In this document: one piece after another, positions 37,393-39,178 of the stretch
How the letters are laid out: each line of letters starts with the position of its first letter
How positions within the stretch are numbered: the first letter of the stretch is position 1
Origin: a virus
Taxonomy: Duplodnaviria > Caudoviricetes
IMG/VR virus record: IMGVR_UViG_3300033405_000040
Coordinates: 1 to 39,178 of that record
DNA: 39,178 nucleotides
Direction: 5' to 3' (one strand)
Notes under the pieces: generated by a model
The model's input: only the letters and a program-made list of their open reading frames with translations
The model's database searches: none
What the model was told of the DNA's origin: nothing
Program-made: the position numbers and the translations under genes

Positions 37393-38457
37393 CTAAATAG
37401 TGAACGGAGTCATACCATCATCGTGAACGATGGCAGCCGCCACTCCAGCCGGAAGGCCGGAACGCGTATTACCAGGCTGAAAATTCGGCGAGATGTACTT
37501 GGAGAGGTTCCCGGAGAAGAACGAAAGGAGAACCTGCCCGGTCTCAACCAAAGACGGCGCGATAATGTTCGCAATCGCGTTGTCGAGGTTCGTCTGAGCC
37601 GTGGGGCTCAAGAGTGCAAATGTGGAGAGTGCATTGATGGTGGCCGGGGCAACATTCACACCCACATAGGTGTACTGCGCCCAGTGAACAGCACCACTCG
37701 AATCCGTGGCGGCATCGGGATTAGCGATCACAACCGACGTTGCCGAGAGGAATTGAGTGATCCAGAAGGTCCCGTTGTTGCCAGGTGAGGCTGAACTCGA
37801 GATAGTTAGAGCTTGACCAACAGCCGATGCCGTCATGCCCGTCAGACCAGTGACCGTCGCGGTAACCCCATTGGGGTTAGAGATGGAAGCTGCTGTGCCA
37901 GTCTGACCCGAGATGGCCGTAACACCAACATAGACGGCATTCTTCAATGTCGCCATAGCGAGGGGTGTCACAGCCGTAGTGCTAAGGCCGAGAACAGTCT
38001 GAAGAGCCGCCGCAGACGGACTAGAAGCGCTGAGATCAATATAGGCATTTGCACCTGCCAATGTCGTATCAATGGTCACCTGGTTAGTGCCCGAAATGCG
38101 AGCAACAAACGGGAGTCCATAGAACGCAAATTGGCCATTCAAATCACTTACGATCTGAGTCTTCGTCACCGCTGCACCAGAGGTCACCACGACCTGAGTG
38201 TAAGAGGCAGCAGCACTAGCTTTGATGTTGAGCTTGGTGCCGTTAGCTACGGTCGTATTGGCCGTCGCTCCCATATCGATTCCTTGAAGGGTCAGGAACG
38301 CGTACAGGTTAAGCTGAGCTTGAATTTCCGCATCAGTCGGCATATGGAAGTAGCGCGACTGCCCGTAAGGCTGGCTGGAGAAATCCCGTTGCGAGGAGTT
38401 CTCGACATCCTGCAGGTAGATGTGCCCGATATCCGCGCGAACGATTCCTACTTTCAT
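37393..38457 (-). CDS. Putative virion structural protein (Ala/Thr/Ser-rich, modular)
   Basis: 354 aa, GAGGAG RBS; one module resembles a sheath insert (TKTQIVSDLN...VLGL); also a GQALTIS...NNGTFWIT beta-module. Confidence 0.65.
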   Translation of the reverse strand: MKVGIVRADIGHIYLQDVENSSQRDFSSQPYGQSRYFHMPTDAEIQAQLNLYAFLTLQGIDMGATANTTVANGTKLNIKASAAASYTQVVVTSGAAVTKTQIVSDLNGQFAFYGLPFVARISGTNQVTIDTTLAGANAYIDLSASSPSAAALQTVLGLSTTAVTPLAMATLKNAVYVGVTAISGQTGTAASISNPNGVTATVTGLTGMTASAVGQALTISSSASPGNNGTFWITQFLSATSVVIANPDAATDSSGAVHWAQYTYVGVNVAPATINALSTFALLSPTAQTNLDNAIANIIAPSLVETGQVLLSFFSGNLSKYISPNFQPGNTRSGLPAGVAAAIVHDDGMTPFTI

Positions 38458-38512
38458 CGTGATCTCCTCAGCTCCTCGCCATCAAAACGCTGAAAAAGGG
38501 TCTATCGTCCGC

Positions 38513-39067
38513 TCAGGTGAGCGCGAGTGAATTGCTCTGCTTAGAGTTGGCCTGAACCACTACGGTCCAACCAACTGTCGGGACTCCAATAGTCACCACA
38601 CCATTGGGGATGACAATTGAAGTAGCCCCGATCGAAGTAAATGCACTCTGAGGAATCTTCTGCGAGACCCCCAAGAGATTGGTGAGAGTAGCGTACGTCA
38701 CATCCGGAGAAACGGACAAGAACGTAGTTCCCGTCAAGGTGAGCGAACCTGCAACATCGTGCGCTACAGTCACGACCGGCGCAGCGATTAGGCTCGACGA
38801 AATCACCGAATAGGAGATTTGTCCAGCGGTAGAAAGACCGCCGATAGTCCCCTTTGGCTGCATAGCCAAGAGAACTTCATCAGTTTCCACTAAGTCCGTA
38901 TATCCCTTAACAGAAGTGTCGAGAGGGTTGACGTATGGAACGTAGATTTGCTGCTTCGGATGTTGGGCGTACATCTCGAAGTTGCTCTGACTCACATCGA
39001 TCTTATCCAGAAGGATGGATCGAACGAGCAGCTGCTGATGCACAACCCGGACGAGGTTAATCGACAT
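38513..39067 (-). CDS. Putative virion structural protein with C-terminal IPT/Ig-like domain
   Basis: 184 aa, AGGAG RBS; APVVT...LTLTGTTF...TSIVIP...VVVQAN..SN is IPT-like. Confidence 0.6.
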   Translation of the reverse strand: MSINLVRVVHQQLLVRSILLDKIDVSQSNFEMYAQHPKQQIYVPYVNPLDTSVKGYTDLVETDEVLLAMQPKGTIGGLSTAGQISYSVISSSLIAAPVVTVAHDVAGSLTLTGTTFLSVSPDVTYATLTNLLGVSQKIPQSAFTSIGATSIVIPNGVVTIGVPTVGWTVVVQANSKQSNSLALT

Positions 39068-39106
39068 TTCCGAATCTCCTGGAACAGCGCACCAATAAAA
39101 GATGCA

Positions 39107-39178
39107 TTAGATCGTCGGGTTGTTGTACTCTGTAAAGATCGCGTTAATGGCAGTTGGGGCACCATTACCACGAATAAA
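39107..39178 (-). CDS. 3' end of an upstream gene (partial)
   Basis: Open frame ...FIRGNGAPTAINAIFTEYNNPTI-TAA from the window edge. Confidence 0.5.
   Translation of the reverse strand, partial: FIRGNGAPTAINAIFTEYNNPTI

Noticed and set aside
37423-38493. Plus-strand ORFs of 121 and 226 aa, and similar ones at 7105 and 20681
   Set aside because: They are antisense to well-supported minus-strand genes and have the Arg-rich composition typical of shadow ORFs.

Overview
The window reads as part of the virion-morphogenesis region of a large, probably jumbo, contractile-tailed phage; no host housekeeping genes are visible. All credible genes but one are on the minus strand. In transcription order (right to left): putative structural genes (39.1-37.4 kb); a free-standing GIY-YIG endonuclease; a DUF5659-like gene; the only plus-strand gene, an ARC/Mpa-type proteasomal AAA+ ATPase lacking the proteasome-docking tail; a fibre module (Ig-like/Cys-rich proteins, a 2965-aa Thr-rich collagen of about 953 Gly-X-Y triplets, two paralogous beta-rich proteins, a GH18-like protein); a five-gene glycosylation operon (GT2-TPR-methyltransferase-GT4 fusion, UDP-xylose synthase, two GT4s, B12 radical SAM enzyme); neck/head-completion-like genes; an actin-fold ATPase; a tail-terminator-like gene; an FmdB zinc ribbon; and a large tail sheath gene (missed by the ORF track) running off the left edge. 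The best candidate for an undescribed system is a phage-encoded, glycosylated, roughly 0.8 micrometre collagen fibre with its own glycan pathway, resembling the BclA/spore glycosyltransferase arrangement. The non-coding DNA shows a recurrent TCGG-TAnnnT -10 element 5-6 nt before ATGs (leaderless mRNAs), a 14-bp motif 3 nt after three stop codons, and a 22-bp perfect palindrome over the glycosylation-operon promoter. All family calls are by-eye motif recognition; no searches were run.
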